Positions 39,934 through 53,249 of a stretch of 64,000 nucleotides of DNA are shown piece after piece. Made by a program: the position numbers and the translations under genes. Location of the stretch: NCBI GenBank assembly GCA_964016885.1, contig OZ024748.1, positions 43,028,001 through 43,092,000 on the forward strand, written 5' to 3'. Within the stretch, counting starts at the first letter, position 1, and each line of letters starts with the position of its first letter. This stretch comes from Eledone cirrhosa (lineage: Eukaryota). Below the pieces are notes generated by a model. It saw only the letters and a list, made by a program, of their open reading frames with translations. It made no database searches and was not told where the DNA came from.

Positions 39934-40077
39934 GTGAAGGCAGCTGTTTTACAGTACATGCATGCACTGATTCTACACATGGACCCTTCAGACTTCAATA
40001 ATTCTAGTGATTCCCGTTTAGCTGTATCTAGAATTATAACCTGGACTACAGAACCAAAGAGTGCTGACGTACGAAAG
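39934..40077 (+). CDS. CLASP: CLASP coding exon (TOG3)
   Basis: ttctag|...|gtaaga; VKAAVLQYMHALILHMDPSDFNNSSDSRLAVSRIITWTTEPKSADVRK; RLAVSRIITWTTEPKS is diagnostic of CLASP. Confidence 0.98.
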
Positions 40078-40606
40078 GTAAGATTCTCAGTTCTTTTGGT
40101 GTTTCTTCCCCTAAATACAGTTAACATTTATTTTGATTGAAGGTGTCGTGTCTAGTTGGCAGACTCGTTAGTATGTTGGATTGAATAATGTAATAATGTC
40201 TTGGTGTTTCTTTGGGGTCTTTACATTCTGTGTTTAGATCTTACCAAAGTCAACTTTGTCTTTCATCTTTTTGAATTTAGTAAACTACCAGAGCAATACT
40301 GAGAGGGTGTGGTCGATTCTTCCTCTCTTTGGAAAAAACTGGCTGTGTTCTGTGTTCTGAGCTGGAAAAGAACTGGTTCCCTCAGGTTTAAATGTCTAAG
40401 ATGTATTTCAGTATGGAACCCTTACAATACTATCAGAAGTTAAGGGCTCTCTGTCTCTGCATTGATTGGTTAGGGTTATTTGGGGGAAAGCTGGGACTTT
40501 CCCAAGTTAGAAATAATGGAGTGAAAACTTGATTAAATTAAGACAAAATTAACAAAACAACAGTTTACACTTTTAACTTACATTTCATATTTTAGGGTTA
40601 GGACTT

Positions 40607-40989
40607 GTTATATTGTTAATATATGTTAAAGATATGTAATTATCTTCTATTCGTTATATTGTTAATATATATTAAAGATGTGTAATTATCTTCTATTCGT
40701 TATATTGTTAATATATGTTAAAGATATGTAATTATCTTCCATCTTCTATTCGTTATATCGTTAATATATATTAAAGATATGTAATTATCTTCTATTCGTT
40801 ATATCGTTAACCTATGTTAAATATATGTAATTATCTTCTATGTTGTTATATCGTTAATATATATTAAAGATATGTAATTATCTTCTATGTTGTTATATCG
40901 TTAATATATATTAAAGATATGTAATTATCTTCTATGTTGTTATATCGTTAATATATATTAAAGATATGTAATTATCTTCTATTCGTTAG
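40607..40989. repeat. ~46-bp minisatellite ending at the exon acceptor
   Basis: gttatatcgttaatatatattaaagatatgtaattatcttctattc, ~8 copies. Confidence 0.9.
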
Positions 40990-41076
40990 GCTGCTCAAGC
41001 TGTACTGATTGCTCTGTTTAACTTGAATACAGCGGAATTTTCTATGATGTTATCTATTCTTCCCAAAGCATTCCAG
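40990..41076 (+). CDS. CLASP: CLASP coding exon (TOG3)
   Basis: cgttag|...|gtaaga; AAQAVLIALFNLNTAEFSMMLSILPKAFQ. Confidence 0.96.
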
Positions 41077-41129
41077 GTAAGAAGAATCGGTTTGATTTTA
41101 TTAAACAAACCAAAACAAATGCAGTTTAT

Positions 41130-41330
41130 TTTGTCGGTTTTGAAATATTAACCAAACCATGTTTGGTCAGTTTTGAAATATTAGCCAAACCTGGTTTGGT
41201 CAGTTTTGAGATATTAACCAAACCTGGTTTGGTCAGTTTTGAAATATTAACCAAACCAAGTTTGGTCAGTTTTGAGATATTAACCAAACCTGGTTTGGTC
41301 AATATCTCAATATTGACCAAACCAAGTTTT
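41130..41330. repeat. 33-bp minisatellite, ~6 copies
   Basis: tttggtcagttttgaaatattaaccaaacctgg. Confidence 0.88.
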
Positions 41331-42206
41331 GTCTGTGAAGAACAGCCTTATATTTGTGTGTTATTTTTGTTTTTGTTTAATTTCAGCAAAGTTTTTGGTC
41401 GAATCCAAGACTTGTAGTTACTACTATTGGCTCATTTGGCCGCCTATTGACCAGAAGCCATTTTTACACACACCAGCACCTGGTAGTCACTGACTTTATT
41501 TCCTCTAAGCCTTCCAGATTGCTGCTTTAATTTTGGCCCTGCCCCATTTTTTTTTTCTTTTTGGAATTCAGTTCTTTTTGCAACCCTTAATTTATATTTT
41601 TTCTTTATTTCTTCTCTTAAATACACAAAACTTTTCTCTATCCTCTTTTCCTGGGAATTTACAAAGATTATGGAAGTACAATTTTTTTTCCAGATATATT
41701 AAAGTGGTCATTGGTTTGTTGGGAAATTAGAATTATTCACATTTTTTGGCAATTTATATTTCCATTAATTATTATTATTTGTTAAATGACCACATGACTT
41801 CAGGTGTGTTACTACCGTTGCTTGTGCACTTCTGTTTATCAAGCTTTTCAACTGGCTTCCCCTCCCCCCTACTTCATTCCTCTGTTTATTATTGGAACAG
41901 CCCCCCTTTTTTTGCTTTCATTAGCCAACACACTGAAATATATCGAAAGACGGTAATAATAATAATATATTATATGATCTGTTTCATGTTTTACTGGAAC
42001 GGGTTGTAATTTTAAATATATATATACACCATATTAAACATTTATAAAAAATATATATATATATTTATATTAAATAGTCACTAATATCCAAACATCTAAA
42101 TGAAAGAAATCTCTTAGAGAATCAATATTATATAAGCAAAGTTAGATTAAATAAATGTTTCCGTCTATCTCATTTATACTCCCATAATTAGTTTTTTCTC
42201 ATTTAA

Positions 42207-42261
<55 letters not shown>

Positions 42262-42996
42262 CATATTAAACACTTATAAAATATATAAATAGCATAATAA
42301 AGATGTATAAAATATATATATATATATATATAGCATAATAAAGACTTATAAAATATATCCATATTAAACACTTATAAAATAGCATAATAAAGACTTATAA
42401 AAATGTGTATTGAAGAGGTGGATAGTTTGGTAAATTGGTAAGTAATTGGTGAACTCAGTCTGCAATTCTTGGAACTGCTTTCCTTATCTTGCTAACGCCT
42501 TTCAGGAAGGCAAAAAATGTTACAATGTTTTGGTCTGTTTTCTTTAAATCCAACTCTATGTATATCTATTAGAAATTTATTACCATTTTCGCTTTGATTC
42601 TTAATGTCCTGTACTGCATGAAACAGCATTAACAGGACATTCTTCTAAACTACAAGACTACTATGACTGTATCACATTAGAAATTGTCTTCAAGACATTC
42701 TTCTAAACTACAAGACTACTATGACTGTATCATATTAGAAATTGTCTTCGTTCTAATGTAAATCTTCACAATGATCAGTCTGCTGGTAAAGATACTATAA
42801 ATATTTGAATGAACAAACCTGTATTGGGATATCTTCTGCTAAATTGTTACAGGATGTTAAGAGTTATTGTTTTGTTTTAATGTGGTATATTTTGAAAATA
42901 TATAAAAAGTAATTTTCTTTGCGGGGTTTCATTAATCCTGTTTTCCTGTAGGATGTTTTATAATTTTTTTCCTTCGTTTTTTTCTTATCTCTGTAG

Positions 42997-43115
42997 GATG
43001 GTGCTACGAAAATCTTGCATAACCATGTGAAATATGCCAGTTCTCACTCAGATTCAGATGTTTTATCTCCTCGTAACGCCACTAGTCCTGTTGCCCGATT
43101 ACGTCCTCCATCCAG
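42997..43115 (+). CDS. CLASP: CLASP coding exon ending at a GC donor
   Basis: ctgtag|DGATKILHNHVKYASSHSDSDVLSPRNATSPVARLRPPS(R)|gcaagt; the phase-2 end is required by the next exon. Confidence 0.9.
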
Positions 43116-43157
43116 GCAAGTATTTTCTGAATTGATGTCATTATAATAACTAGCAAA

Positions 43158-43349
43158 GGGCAGTGGATTGGCAGTATCGGTGGAGGGTCGCACGTCATGC
43201 TTTGACGCATAGAATTACGGCCCTTTCCATTCTGAGTTCAAATCCCGCCGAGGTCAACTTTGCCTTTCATCCTTACGGGGTCGATAAAATAAAGTACCAG
43301 TAATGTACTGGGTAATTGCTGGCCTTGTGCCAAAAGTAGAAACAATTAT
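43158..43349 (+). mobile_element. Second SINE family, full copy
   Basis: B-box gagttcaaatcc; body shared with many copies. Confidence 0.75.
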
Positions 43350-43354
43350 AATAA

Positions 43355-43838
43355 CTAGCAGAAAAACCACCCTTCGGGTGGTTTTCTGCTAGCATGTGTG
43401 GTGTGTATAATGATATTATACGCAAGAATATATATACATGTAGATATGATACATCAAATAACATTGTAATTGACAATATACACAGAAATTGAACGAAGAC
43501 TGCGTTACACTGTCTTATGTAATCAGTAACATAATCCATGATACATTAAAAAAAAGACGATATATATAAACTGCATTAGGAGAAAATTAGTGACAGCGAT
43601 CATTTAAATAAATATTCATATATTTCTAACTGGAAGTGTTGACATTTGAAAATTTTAAAGAAGTGAATCTTTAAATAAACAATAAAATATCTTTAATCAA
43701 CAGCTACGAAATTTAGTAGATAAATTATGTAATATTCATTCATTATTTATTCAAAGTAATCCAACTTATTTTACTAACTGGATTAAAAGAAATAAACCGT
43801 ACGCAGTCCCGCACTCTTTACTTTATTATAGTTTAGAT
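43355..43838 (-). mobile_element. Helitron-like element (related copy ~33235-33901)
   Basis: ctagcagaaaaaccacccttcgggtggttttctgctag hairpin at one end, TCTAAACTATAATAAAG on the minus strand at the other; internal sequence shared with 33270-33830. Confidence 0.55.
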
Positions 43839-43839
43839 A

Positions 43840-44480
43840 CTGGTTTCTACTTTAGCCACTATGCTAGCAATTTAGGGGGAGGGGGAAGTAAATTGAATCA
43901 ACCCCAGTATATTACTGGTATTTTATTTTATCGACCCCATAAGCATGAAAGGCATAGCAAACCTGGGCAGGATTAGAACTCAGAAAGTAAATGGCCATAA
44001 ATTTTTTTTTTATGTTATAATGATAATAAAGGGACGTATCTCTATTCCGTGAAGCATAGGGCTGTCGCTCCACCAATACTGCCAATCCCTCGACCTTAAT
44101 AATAATTGTTTCTACTTTTGGCACGAGGCCAGCAATTATCCCAGTGTATTACTGGTGCATTATTTTATCGACCCCGTAAGGATGAAAGGCAAAGTTGACC
44201 TTGGCGGGATTTGAACTCAGATCATAAAGGGCCATAACTCTATGCTGCAAAGCATGGCGTCCGACACTCTACCGATACTGCCAATCCACGACCTTAATAA
44301 TAATAACAATGAGGGTGAAGCATTTGTAGCACAGACAGAATGCTTTGTGGTATTTGTTCCTGTACTTCACAATCTGTGTTCAAATCCTGCTGAGGTCAGC
44401 TTCACCTTTCCAGGGTTGAATAAATAAAATACCAGTAATACACTGGTGTCGATTTGATTGACTTTCCCCTCCCCTTAGAA
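43840..44480. mobile_element. Cluster of second-family SINEs (two antisense, one sense)
   Basis: Approximately 43840-44093 (-), 44098-44293 (-) and 44310-44480 (+). Confidence 0.7.
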
Positions 44481-44530
44481 AATCTTTAGTGTTCTATTAT
44501 TGGTTCTACTTAATCAACTTCATTATAACA

Positions 44531-45599
44531 TTAACCTTTTAGCATTTAAACCAGCCACTTATCTGGCCACTCATACTGATGTTAAGGTATTGTTCTCAAA
44601 ATAAATATCAAAATCTCATAGATTCGAAATTATGTGAGGTAAAGCCTTTACCATGAAAATACAATAGAATATATAGAGTAATGTAAATGTTATGTGAGGT
44701 AAAGCCTTTACCATGAAAATACAATAGAATATATAGAGTAATGTAAATGTTATGTGAGGTAAAGCCTTTACCATGAAAATACAATAGAATATATAGAGTA
44801 ATGTAAATGTTATGTGAGGTAAAGCCTTTACCATGAAAATACAATAGAATATATAGAGTAATGTAAATGTTATGTGAGGTAAAGCCTTTACCATGAAAAT
44901 ACAATAGAATATATAGAGTAATGTAAATGTTATGTGAGGTAAAGCCTTTACCATGAAAATACAATAGAATATATAGAGTAATGTAAATATTATGTGAGGT
45001 AAAGCCTTTACCATGAAAATACAATAGAATATATAGAGTAATGTAAATGTTATGTGAGGTAAAGCCTTTACCATGAAAATACAATAGAATATATAGAGTA
45101 ATGTAAATGTTATGTGAGGTAAAGCCTTTACCATGAAAATACAATAGAATATATAGAGTAATGTAAATGTTATGTGAGGTAAAGCCTTTACCATGAAAAT
45201 ACAATAGAATATATAGAGTAATCTAAATATTATGTGAGGTAAAGCCTTTACCATGAAAATACAATAGAATATATAGAGTAATGTAAATGTTATGTGAGGT
45301 AAAGCCTTTACCATGAAAATACAATAGAATATATAGAGTAATGTAAATATTATGTGAGGTAAAGCCTTTACCATGAAAATACAATAGAATATATAGAGTA
45401 ATGTAAATGTTATGTGAGGTAAAGCCTTTACCATGAAAATACAATAGAATATATAGAGTAATGTAAATGTTGTGAGGTAAAGCCTTTACCATGAAAATAC
45501 AATAGAATATATAGAGTAATGTAAATGTTATGTGAGGTAAAGCCTTTACCATGAAAATACAAAAGTAAATATAGAGTAATGTAAATGACAAAGGGTTAA
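44531..45599 (-). mobile_element. piggyBac-type MITE, family A, with an internal 60-bp tandem array (~16 copies)
   Basis: ttaaccttttagcattta at 44531 and aaagggttaa at 45599; the 60-bp unit repeats ~44630-45587. Confidence 0.85.
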
Positions 45600-45673
45600 T
45601 TTGATTTCTGGGATTTTTTTAATGATAATTATTGAATTAATCTCTTGTAATTAAGGTGTTTCTTTTACTGTAG

Positions 45674-45920
45674 GTCTGGTGAACCCGATGAATACGAAAC
45701 TGAAAACATGAATCCTCAGGATATTTATAATTCTATTAAGAAAACTTCGGCCGATATTCAAAACCTTAGCTACAACAGTAAATTAGACCATTTTGATGAT
45801 GTGAAGAAAAAGAAAGAATTCACCTCACAAGATAGTGGTATACAAGATCTTCGGAATGATAGTCCTGATGTTTCTGATCCACGTAAAACATTTTATAACC
45901 CCTCACATTACCAAGATGAG
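45674..45920 (+). CDS. CLASP: CLASP coding exon
   Basis: ctgtag|...|gtgatt; (R)SGEPDEYETENMNPQDIYNSIKKTSADIQNLSYNSKLD...YNPSHYQDE (cf. YDTENLNSEEIYSSL; YNPY). Confidence 0.93.
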
Positions 45921-46070
45921 GTGATTATTACATTTATTCCTCAGCTCGATACCTTCTCTGTCTCTCTCTCACTGAAGCCTGACAAGGTCCTGTGTCTATG
46001 ATTTGTTTGGGCTTGGTTTCTACGGCTGAATGTCCTTTCAAATGCCAACCACTTTACAGCATGAAGTATA

Positions 46071-46105
<35 letters not shown>

Positions 46106-46169
46106 CACATACACACACATGCACACCATACTTAAATAAAATATGTGTTGATGAAATGAAGGGCATCCA

Positions 46170-46213
46170 ACTATCTCTCTCTCTCTATCTATCTATCTAT
46201 CTCTTTATATATA

Positions 46214-46247
<34 letters not shown>

Positions 46248-46284
46248 TCTACACCTCTCTCTCTCTACATATATATTTCTACAC

Positions 46285-46318
<34 letters not shown>

Positions 46319-46858
46319 TTCTACACCTCTCTCTCTCTCTACATATATATTTCTACACCTCTCTCTCTATATATATATATATTTCTACACCTCTCTCTCT
46401 ATATATATATATATTTCTACACCTCTCTCTCTATATATATATATATTTCTACACCTCTCTCTCTATATATATATATATTTCTACACCTCTCTCTCTATAT
46501 ATATATATATTTCTACACCTCTCTCTCTCTTCACACATATATTTCTACACCTCTCTCTCTCTCTCTCTACATATATATTTCTACACCTCTCTCTCTCTTC
46601 ACACATATATTTCTACACCTCTCTCTCTACATATATATTTCTACACCTCTCTCTCTCTATATATATATATTTCTACACCTCTCTCTCTCTTCACACATAT
46701 ATTTCTACACCTCTCTCTCTCTCCACACACACATCTCTCTCTCTCTCCATACCACTCTCCCTAATATATATATATCTCTCTCTCTCTCTCTCCATACCAC
46801 TCTCTCTAATATATCTCTCTACATACCACTCTCCCTAATATCTCTACATATCTCTCTC
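46170..46858. repeat. Compound (TC)n(TA)n-ttctacac tandem repeat ending at the exon acceptor
   Basis: Direct inspection. Confidence 0.9.
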
Positions 46859-46861
46859 CAG

Positions 46862-46937
46862 CATACTTTAAATGGATACAACAGAACAACACTATCTGCT
46901 GCTATGTTGGATGTAGACAATCAGCTATTCAATGAAG
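46862..46937 (+). CDS. CLASP: CLASP coding exon
   Basis: ctccag|...|gtaact; HTLNGYNRTTLSAAMLDVDNQLFNE; phase 0-1. Confidence 0.88.
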
Positions 46938-47017
46938 GTAACTCCTCCTTCTTCTCCTCCTCCTCCTCCTCTTACTTTAACATTTATTATTTATTTATTT
47001 GTTGGATTCATTATTTG

Positions 47018-47068
<51 letters not shown>

Positions 47069-48413
47069 GCTATATTTTTTTTATTATTTTGCAATTTAGT
47101 TTTTAAAATGTTGCTTTGATTTCTTATATTTTTAAACAAAAAAAATTAGTCTGTGTGTGTGTGTTTCTAGTGTGTGGTGTGTGTGGTGTGTAGTGTAGTG
47201 TGTGTCTAGTATGGTGTGTGGTGTGTGTGTAGTGTGTGTCTGTAGTATGGTGTGTGTGTAGTGTAGTGTGTGATGTGTGTCTGTAGTGTGTATGTCTAGT
47301 GTGTGTGGTGTGTGTGTAGTGTGGTGTGGTGTGTGTGTCTGTAGTGTGTATGTCTAGTGTGGTGTGGTGTGTAGTGTGGTGTGTCTGTAGTATGGTGTGT
47401 CTGTAGTGTGGTGTGTCTAGTGTGGTGTGTATGTCTAGTGTGTGTGGTGTGGTGTGTGTTGAGATCATTTCCATATGAAAAGAAATATAATTTCCTCTAA
47501 AATAATTTCATGTCTTTATTTCCATTTACAACAGAATATTTAAACTGAATCAATATTTAACCTTCAGCTTCATCAAAACATTAAATCATTTTAACTGTTT
47601 TAAGTATTTAACAACTACTAGCCAACCAACCAGCCCCTAAATCATAAGCCAACCAGCCCCTAATTCATGTTAACTTTAACTACCAGTCATCCAACAACTC
47701 CCTATTTCATGCCGTTAGGAAGGGCCTCTGACTAGACACCCAGTACACTCTGTAAAGTGGTTGGTGTTAGGAAGGACATCCAGATGTAGATACCATGCCT
47801 AAAATGGAATGTGCAAGTAAGGTGTGGTCCTCTGATCCGTTTTAACTGCTAATAAAAGAAAATGGCCGTGCCCTGCACAAAATGTTGAACAGAAACATAT
47901 TTTTATGAACCTTAAATAATGGGGGAGTGTGGTGGAGTTAGATATGTTCCAGCGGAAAATATTTCTTTTATAACTAGAAATAAAAATGTGGTTGGTGATA
48001 GGAAGGGCCTCAAGCTGTAGAAAACCTGCCAAACATAGGGGCAGGAGAACCCTTTAGTTGTGTTACAGACATGGCAACCTCCCTACTGTTGGTGCCATGA
48101 TAAAACACATCAGATGCACTCTGTGGAGGTGGGTCCCCTGGCTCACTTGAGATGTTAGTAGCTCCAATTAAATACTGGCCTGGTCTGTAATCACCTGTCC
48201 AAACCTCGTTAGCCAGGACAATGAACATTAAATAAGGTTGATAACAGAAAATATGTCTATTAATTTAAAAAAAAACAAATTTTCACAAATTAGACTGTTT
48301 AAACAATTAACAAAACAAATTAGTGTTTTTATTTTTATTTATCTATTCTTTTTTTTCGCCCCCAATTTGTGATGATGGATAATTATTAAACTGTGCCCTC
48401 CTATTTTAACTAG

Positions 48414-48455
48414 CTCCCTGGAAGTCACTGCTGGGCATACCGGTCACCGAAGGTG
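48414..48455 (+). CDS. CLASP: Candidate alternative CLASP exon APWKSLLGIPVTEG (42 nt)
   Basis: gtgccctcctattttaactag|...|gtgaga; phase 1-1, open; GC-rich island. Confidence 0.6.
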
Positions 48456-48834
48456 GTGAGATTTCTTCCCCAACATTTTTTTTTGTCAACCTTTTCAGTT
48501 TTTTACTTTAATACTGTACAAACCTCCACCCCCCCTCTTATCATTATTATTATATTATCTTCCATTTCATTATAAAATGTTTTACTAACATTCACTATTA
48601 GAACCATTTGGAAGACGTGTTTAACTATAGAATGTTGTCATATATGTATATATTAGATATATATACATGTGTGTGTATGTATGTATGTGTGTGTGTGCAT
48701 GTGTGTTTTAAAGGCCTGCAAATTGATCCAATCAAATTAAATTGGGATACATATATATAGTAATAATGATAAATGTGAAGACTAAAATCTAAAGAGGGCT
48801 CGATAAGGATAAATATATAAGAACCGTAGAGCAA

Positions 48835-48979
48835 ATATTTATTAAAATAACAGATTAAAGTTTAAGCAAAGAATCACTGCTTTCAGCCTTAACGGAATCT
48901 TCTGAGTTTTAGAAAATCCCATTAAGGGTGAAAGCAGTGATTCTTTGCGTAAACTTTAATCTGTTATTTTAATAAATAT
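48835..48979. mobile_element. Short palindromic element in (TA)n
   Basis: ~58-bp inverted arms 48835-48892 / 48922-48979. Confidence 0.5.
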
Positions 48980-49988
48980 ATATATATATCAGTAAAATAG
49001 TTCCCTCCCAATTTTAAGAGCAATTTCTTAGATTTTGTTTTACTTCTCCAAATTGGAAACATTTACATATTTAAATAGATTTTAAATTTATTTTAAATGA
49101 CATCAAAACAAGATAACGCATTTATGATATCCTTTATGAAATACATTATCTATGATTTTCGAAGAATTTGGAAAGATTTCAAAATGTTTCCCAAAGAAAT
49201 TTGCAGCATATAGTCACAGCCCTTTAGATTCTCAGTTCAAAACCTAACAAGGGTAGTTTTGCCTTTCATCCTTATGGGGTCAATAAAATAAAGCACCAGT
49301 AATACACTGGGATTAATTTAATCAACTTCTCCCTTCCCTGCTAATTGCTGGCCTTGTGTCAAACATAGAAACAATTATTTAGACATTATAAAATTTAATT
49401 TGATTTCTCAATCTTTGCTAAGCCTTTCAAATTGAAAGAATCCAATAACTTGTTTGTGCTATTCAGGTGTCTTATAAATCTAACAAGTTTTATTTTTTCT
49501 TCATCTTCCAAGTTCAGTCACAGTGCACATATTCCAGTAATGTTTTTATATTTTCTTGAAAAATCATTCACACCACAGAAAAGTTACTTATTATTAAAAT
49601 TAGATTGTAATAAAATAACAAAGATTAGGTGCCAGCTTCAGTGTGTGGGTGAGTGGTGATAGCATTGTTGTCACATCACTGTGTGAGTGCCTGCAATGTT
49701 TTGTGGGTACCTGCATCACTGTGTGGGTGGAGTACATCGCTGTGTAAGTGTATCCATCGGTGTGTGGGTGTTGGCAGCATTGGTGTGTGGGTACATCGCT
49801 GTGTAGGTGTATACATCAGTGTGTGGGTGTTGGCATCACTTTGTGATGAACAAGTTTGCTTTGTAACCACATTCTCTTTGGTTCTTTCCCATTGCACGAC
49901 ACCTTAGGCAAGTGTCTTCAACTCTAACCTTGGGCTGACCATGCTTTGTCAGGCAATTTGGTAGATGGAAACTATATCAAGTCCATCA

Positions 49989-50039
<51 letters not shown>

Positions 50040-50042
50040 GTG

Positions 50043-50073
<31 letters not shown>

Positions 50074-50092
50074 GTATATATATATGTGTATA

Positions 50093-50145
<53 letters not shown>

Positions 50146-50230
50146 ATATATATGTATATATATGTATATATATATATATGTATATGTATATATATATGTA
50201 TATATATATGTATATATATATGTATATATG

Positions 50231-50265
<35 letters not shown>

Positions 50266-50280
50266 GTATATATATATGTG

Positions 50281-50313
<33 letters not shown>

Positions 50314-50316
50314 GTG

Positions 50317-50349
<33 letters not shown>

Positions 50350-50458
50350 GTGTATATATATATATATATGTATATATATATGTGTATATATATATATGTG
50401 TATATATGTATATATATATGTGTATATATATATATATACACACATATATATGTATATA

Positions 50459-50502
<44 letters not shown>

Positions 50503-50788
50503 TATGTATATATATATGTGTATATATATATGTGTATATATATATATATATATACACACATATATATGTATATATATATATGTGTATATATATATATATA
50601 TATACACACATATATATGTATATATATATGTGTGTATATATATATATATATACACACATATGTATGTATATATATGTATGTGTATGTATATATATGTATG
50701 TGTATATATATATATGTATGTGTATGTATATATATGTATGTGTATGTATATATATGTATGTGTATGTATATATATATATGTGTATATA

Positions 50789-51120
50789 CGATATTAAATA
50801 AATGGAAACTATATTTATAAAACCATATTTATTTCATTATATATATTTCAGGGATATCATATTAAAAATACGGTATGCCTTCATCAGACAAAATACAATA
50901 TAAACAGTCTTATAAATAGATAGATTTGACATACCTTACACTTCAACTTCCATTTAAAAAGTTGATTTGGTAGTGAAATCACTACCAAATCAACTTTGGT
51001 TTTATAAATATAGTTTCCATTTATTTAATATCGTAAATATACTCCAAATACTTGTTGAGTGCTTCTATATCAGTTATAAATATTTACTCGTTGTAACCCA
51101 ACAAATTAAATAAAACTTTG
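50789..51120. mobile_element. Palindromic Penelope-like element, same family as 27838-28235
   Basis: Shares the cgatatta..aatggaaactatatttataaaacca arms and the 3' tail; embedded in long (TA/TG)n. Confidence 0.6.
50830..50895 (-). ncRNA. Hammerhead motif, second family, diverged copy
   Basis: Reverse complement: tattttgt-CTGATGA-agg...cct-GAAA-tatata-TA-atgaaata; the stem II base covaries (agg/cct vs aag/ctt). Confidence 0.7.
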
Positions 51121-51204
51121 CATATGTGTATATATATATATACGTGTATATATATATATATGTGTATATATATATATATATATATGTGTATATATATATA
51201 TATA

Positions 51205-51299
<95 letters not shown>

Positions 51300-51590
51300 A
51301 TATATGTATATATATGTATATATATGTGTATATATATGTATATATATGTATATATATGTGTATATATATATGTGTGTATATATATATATGTGTGTATATA
51401 TATATATGTGTGTATATATGTATATATATGTATATATATGTGTATATATATATGTGTGTATATATATATATGTGTGTATATATATATATGTGTGTATATA
51501 TATATATGTGTATATATATATGTGTGTATATATATATATGTGTATATGTATATATGTGTATATATATATATATATATTTGTGTATATATA

Positions 51591-51689
<99 letters not shown>

Positions 51690-51699
51690 GTGTGTATAT

Positions 51700-52111
51700 C
51701 GGGAGAGATGACCCCTTAGCCTTTTGTCAAGGCAGAATTCTAGGAGAAGGAAAACTCTGATATAACACCTGCAACCCTGATGGTATCCAATGATGTTGAC
51801 TTGTTCTTCTTTTTGGTAAATATCATCTTGGTTAAGAGAGTGGGACTGGCTTTGTGCAGTGCCTTTGCTCACTATAAAAGCTTCACGGCACAGGCATTGC
51901 TTTATATCTGGAGATCTCTCTGCACTTGTCATCACATGGTACCATGGGCCCAGCACTATGTGTCAATAATTGTCACAAGTGTAGTGTTTGTACCAGAGTT
52001 TTCAAGTCGCTGGTTGGACTAAAAAGTCACACTCGTTCAGCGCATCGGTAGGGGTTCTCCTACATGGATATAAGGTAGTGGCCATACTCGAAAACGAGTT
52101 GGCAGCCACCA
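51700..52111 (+). mobile_element. 5'-truncated copy of the 11110-11713 element
   Basis: Closely matches 11309-11713; inserted in (TA/TG)n. Confidence 0.7.
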
Positions 52112-52157
52112 TATATATATGTATGTATATATATGTGTATATATATATGTATGTATA

Positions 52158-52206
<49 letters not shown>

Positions 52207-52297
52207 ATATATATATATATGTGTATATGTATATATATATGTGTATATGTATATATATATGTGTATATATATATGTGTATATATATATATATATATA

Positions 52298-53028
52298 TCA
52301 TCATCATCATCATCATCATCAGGTTTAGCGTCCGTGTTCCACGCTTGCATGGGTTTGGACGGGGGTTTTCCCACTTGAGGCAAGAGTGGTTGTCTTGCTC
52401 GCATAGGACTGTCTGGCGGGTTTTCTACAGTTGGATGCCCTTCCTAACACCAACCACATTTACAGTGTGGGGCTGGGAGGTTTTTACCGTGTTGCCTACA
52501 CGGCCACATTACAGCGTGGACTGTCTGGCGGGTTTTCTACAGCTGGATGCCCTTCCTAACACCAACCACATTTACAGTGTGGGGCTGGGAGGTTTTTACC
52601 GTGTTGCCTACACGGCCACATTTACAGCGTGGACTGTGTGTTTTTTGTCGTGACACCTACACGATCTCATTTGTTTCGGCCTGGATGTTGTGGGACCAAC
52701 ATAACTTTACATTGAAAGGGGCGGTGTGGGTGGGGTGGAGGTGGTGGGACGGGGGTGTGTTTTGATAGAGATGCCTACTGACTGTAGTAGGTTTTTACTT
52801 TGTATTTAGGTAAGGCGGGTCTTCTCTATTACTGAGTACCGCCAAAGGTCTCGGTCCAGTGACATTGTCTTGGAGAGGTGTAAGCGTGTGAGGTCGGAAT
52901 TTATCAGCTCGTCCCATGTTTTTCTGGGTCTGCCTACTCTGTGGCTACCGTCTATCTTTATTGCCCTGCACTTTGTTATACAGCTGTCGTCTTTCATGCG
53001 CATCACGTGACCGTACCAACGTAGCCTT
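52298..53028 (-). mobile_element. RTE-type LINE 3' end (ORF C-terminus + 3'UTR + (GAT)n tail)
   Basis: [11 protein letters not shown]...GRPRKTW...DRDLWR...KTRLT*; the UTR contains a ~109-bp internal duplication. Confidence 0.8.
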
Positions 53029-53249
53029 ATATGTGTATATATATATATATATGTGTATATGTATATATATATGTGTATATGTATGTGTATATGTATATAT
53101 ATATATGTGTATGTATATATATATATGTGTATGTATATGTATGTATATATATGTATGTATATGTGTGTATATATATATATGTACATATATACATATATAT
53201 ATGTGTATATATATATATGTACATATATATATGTATATATATATATGTG

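Noticed and set aside
43116-43125. Canonical GT donor CAA|gtattt at 43120
   Set aside because: Gives phase 0, but the next exon needs phase 2; the GC donor fits both consensus and frame
44608-45591. 198-272 aa repetitive ORFs
   Set aside because: Result of a 60-bp tandem unit inside a MITE
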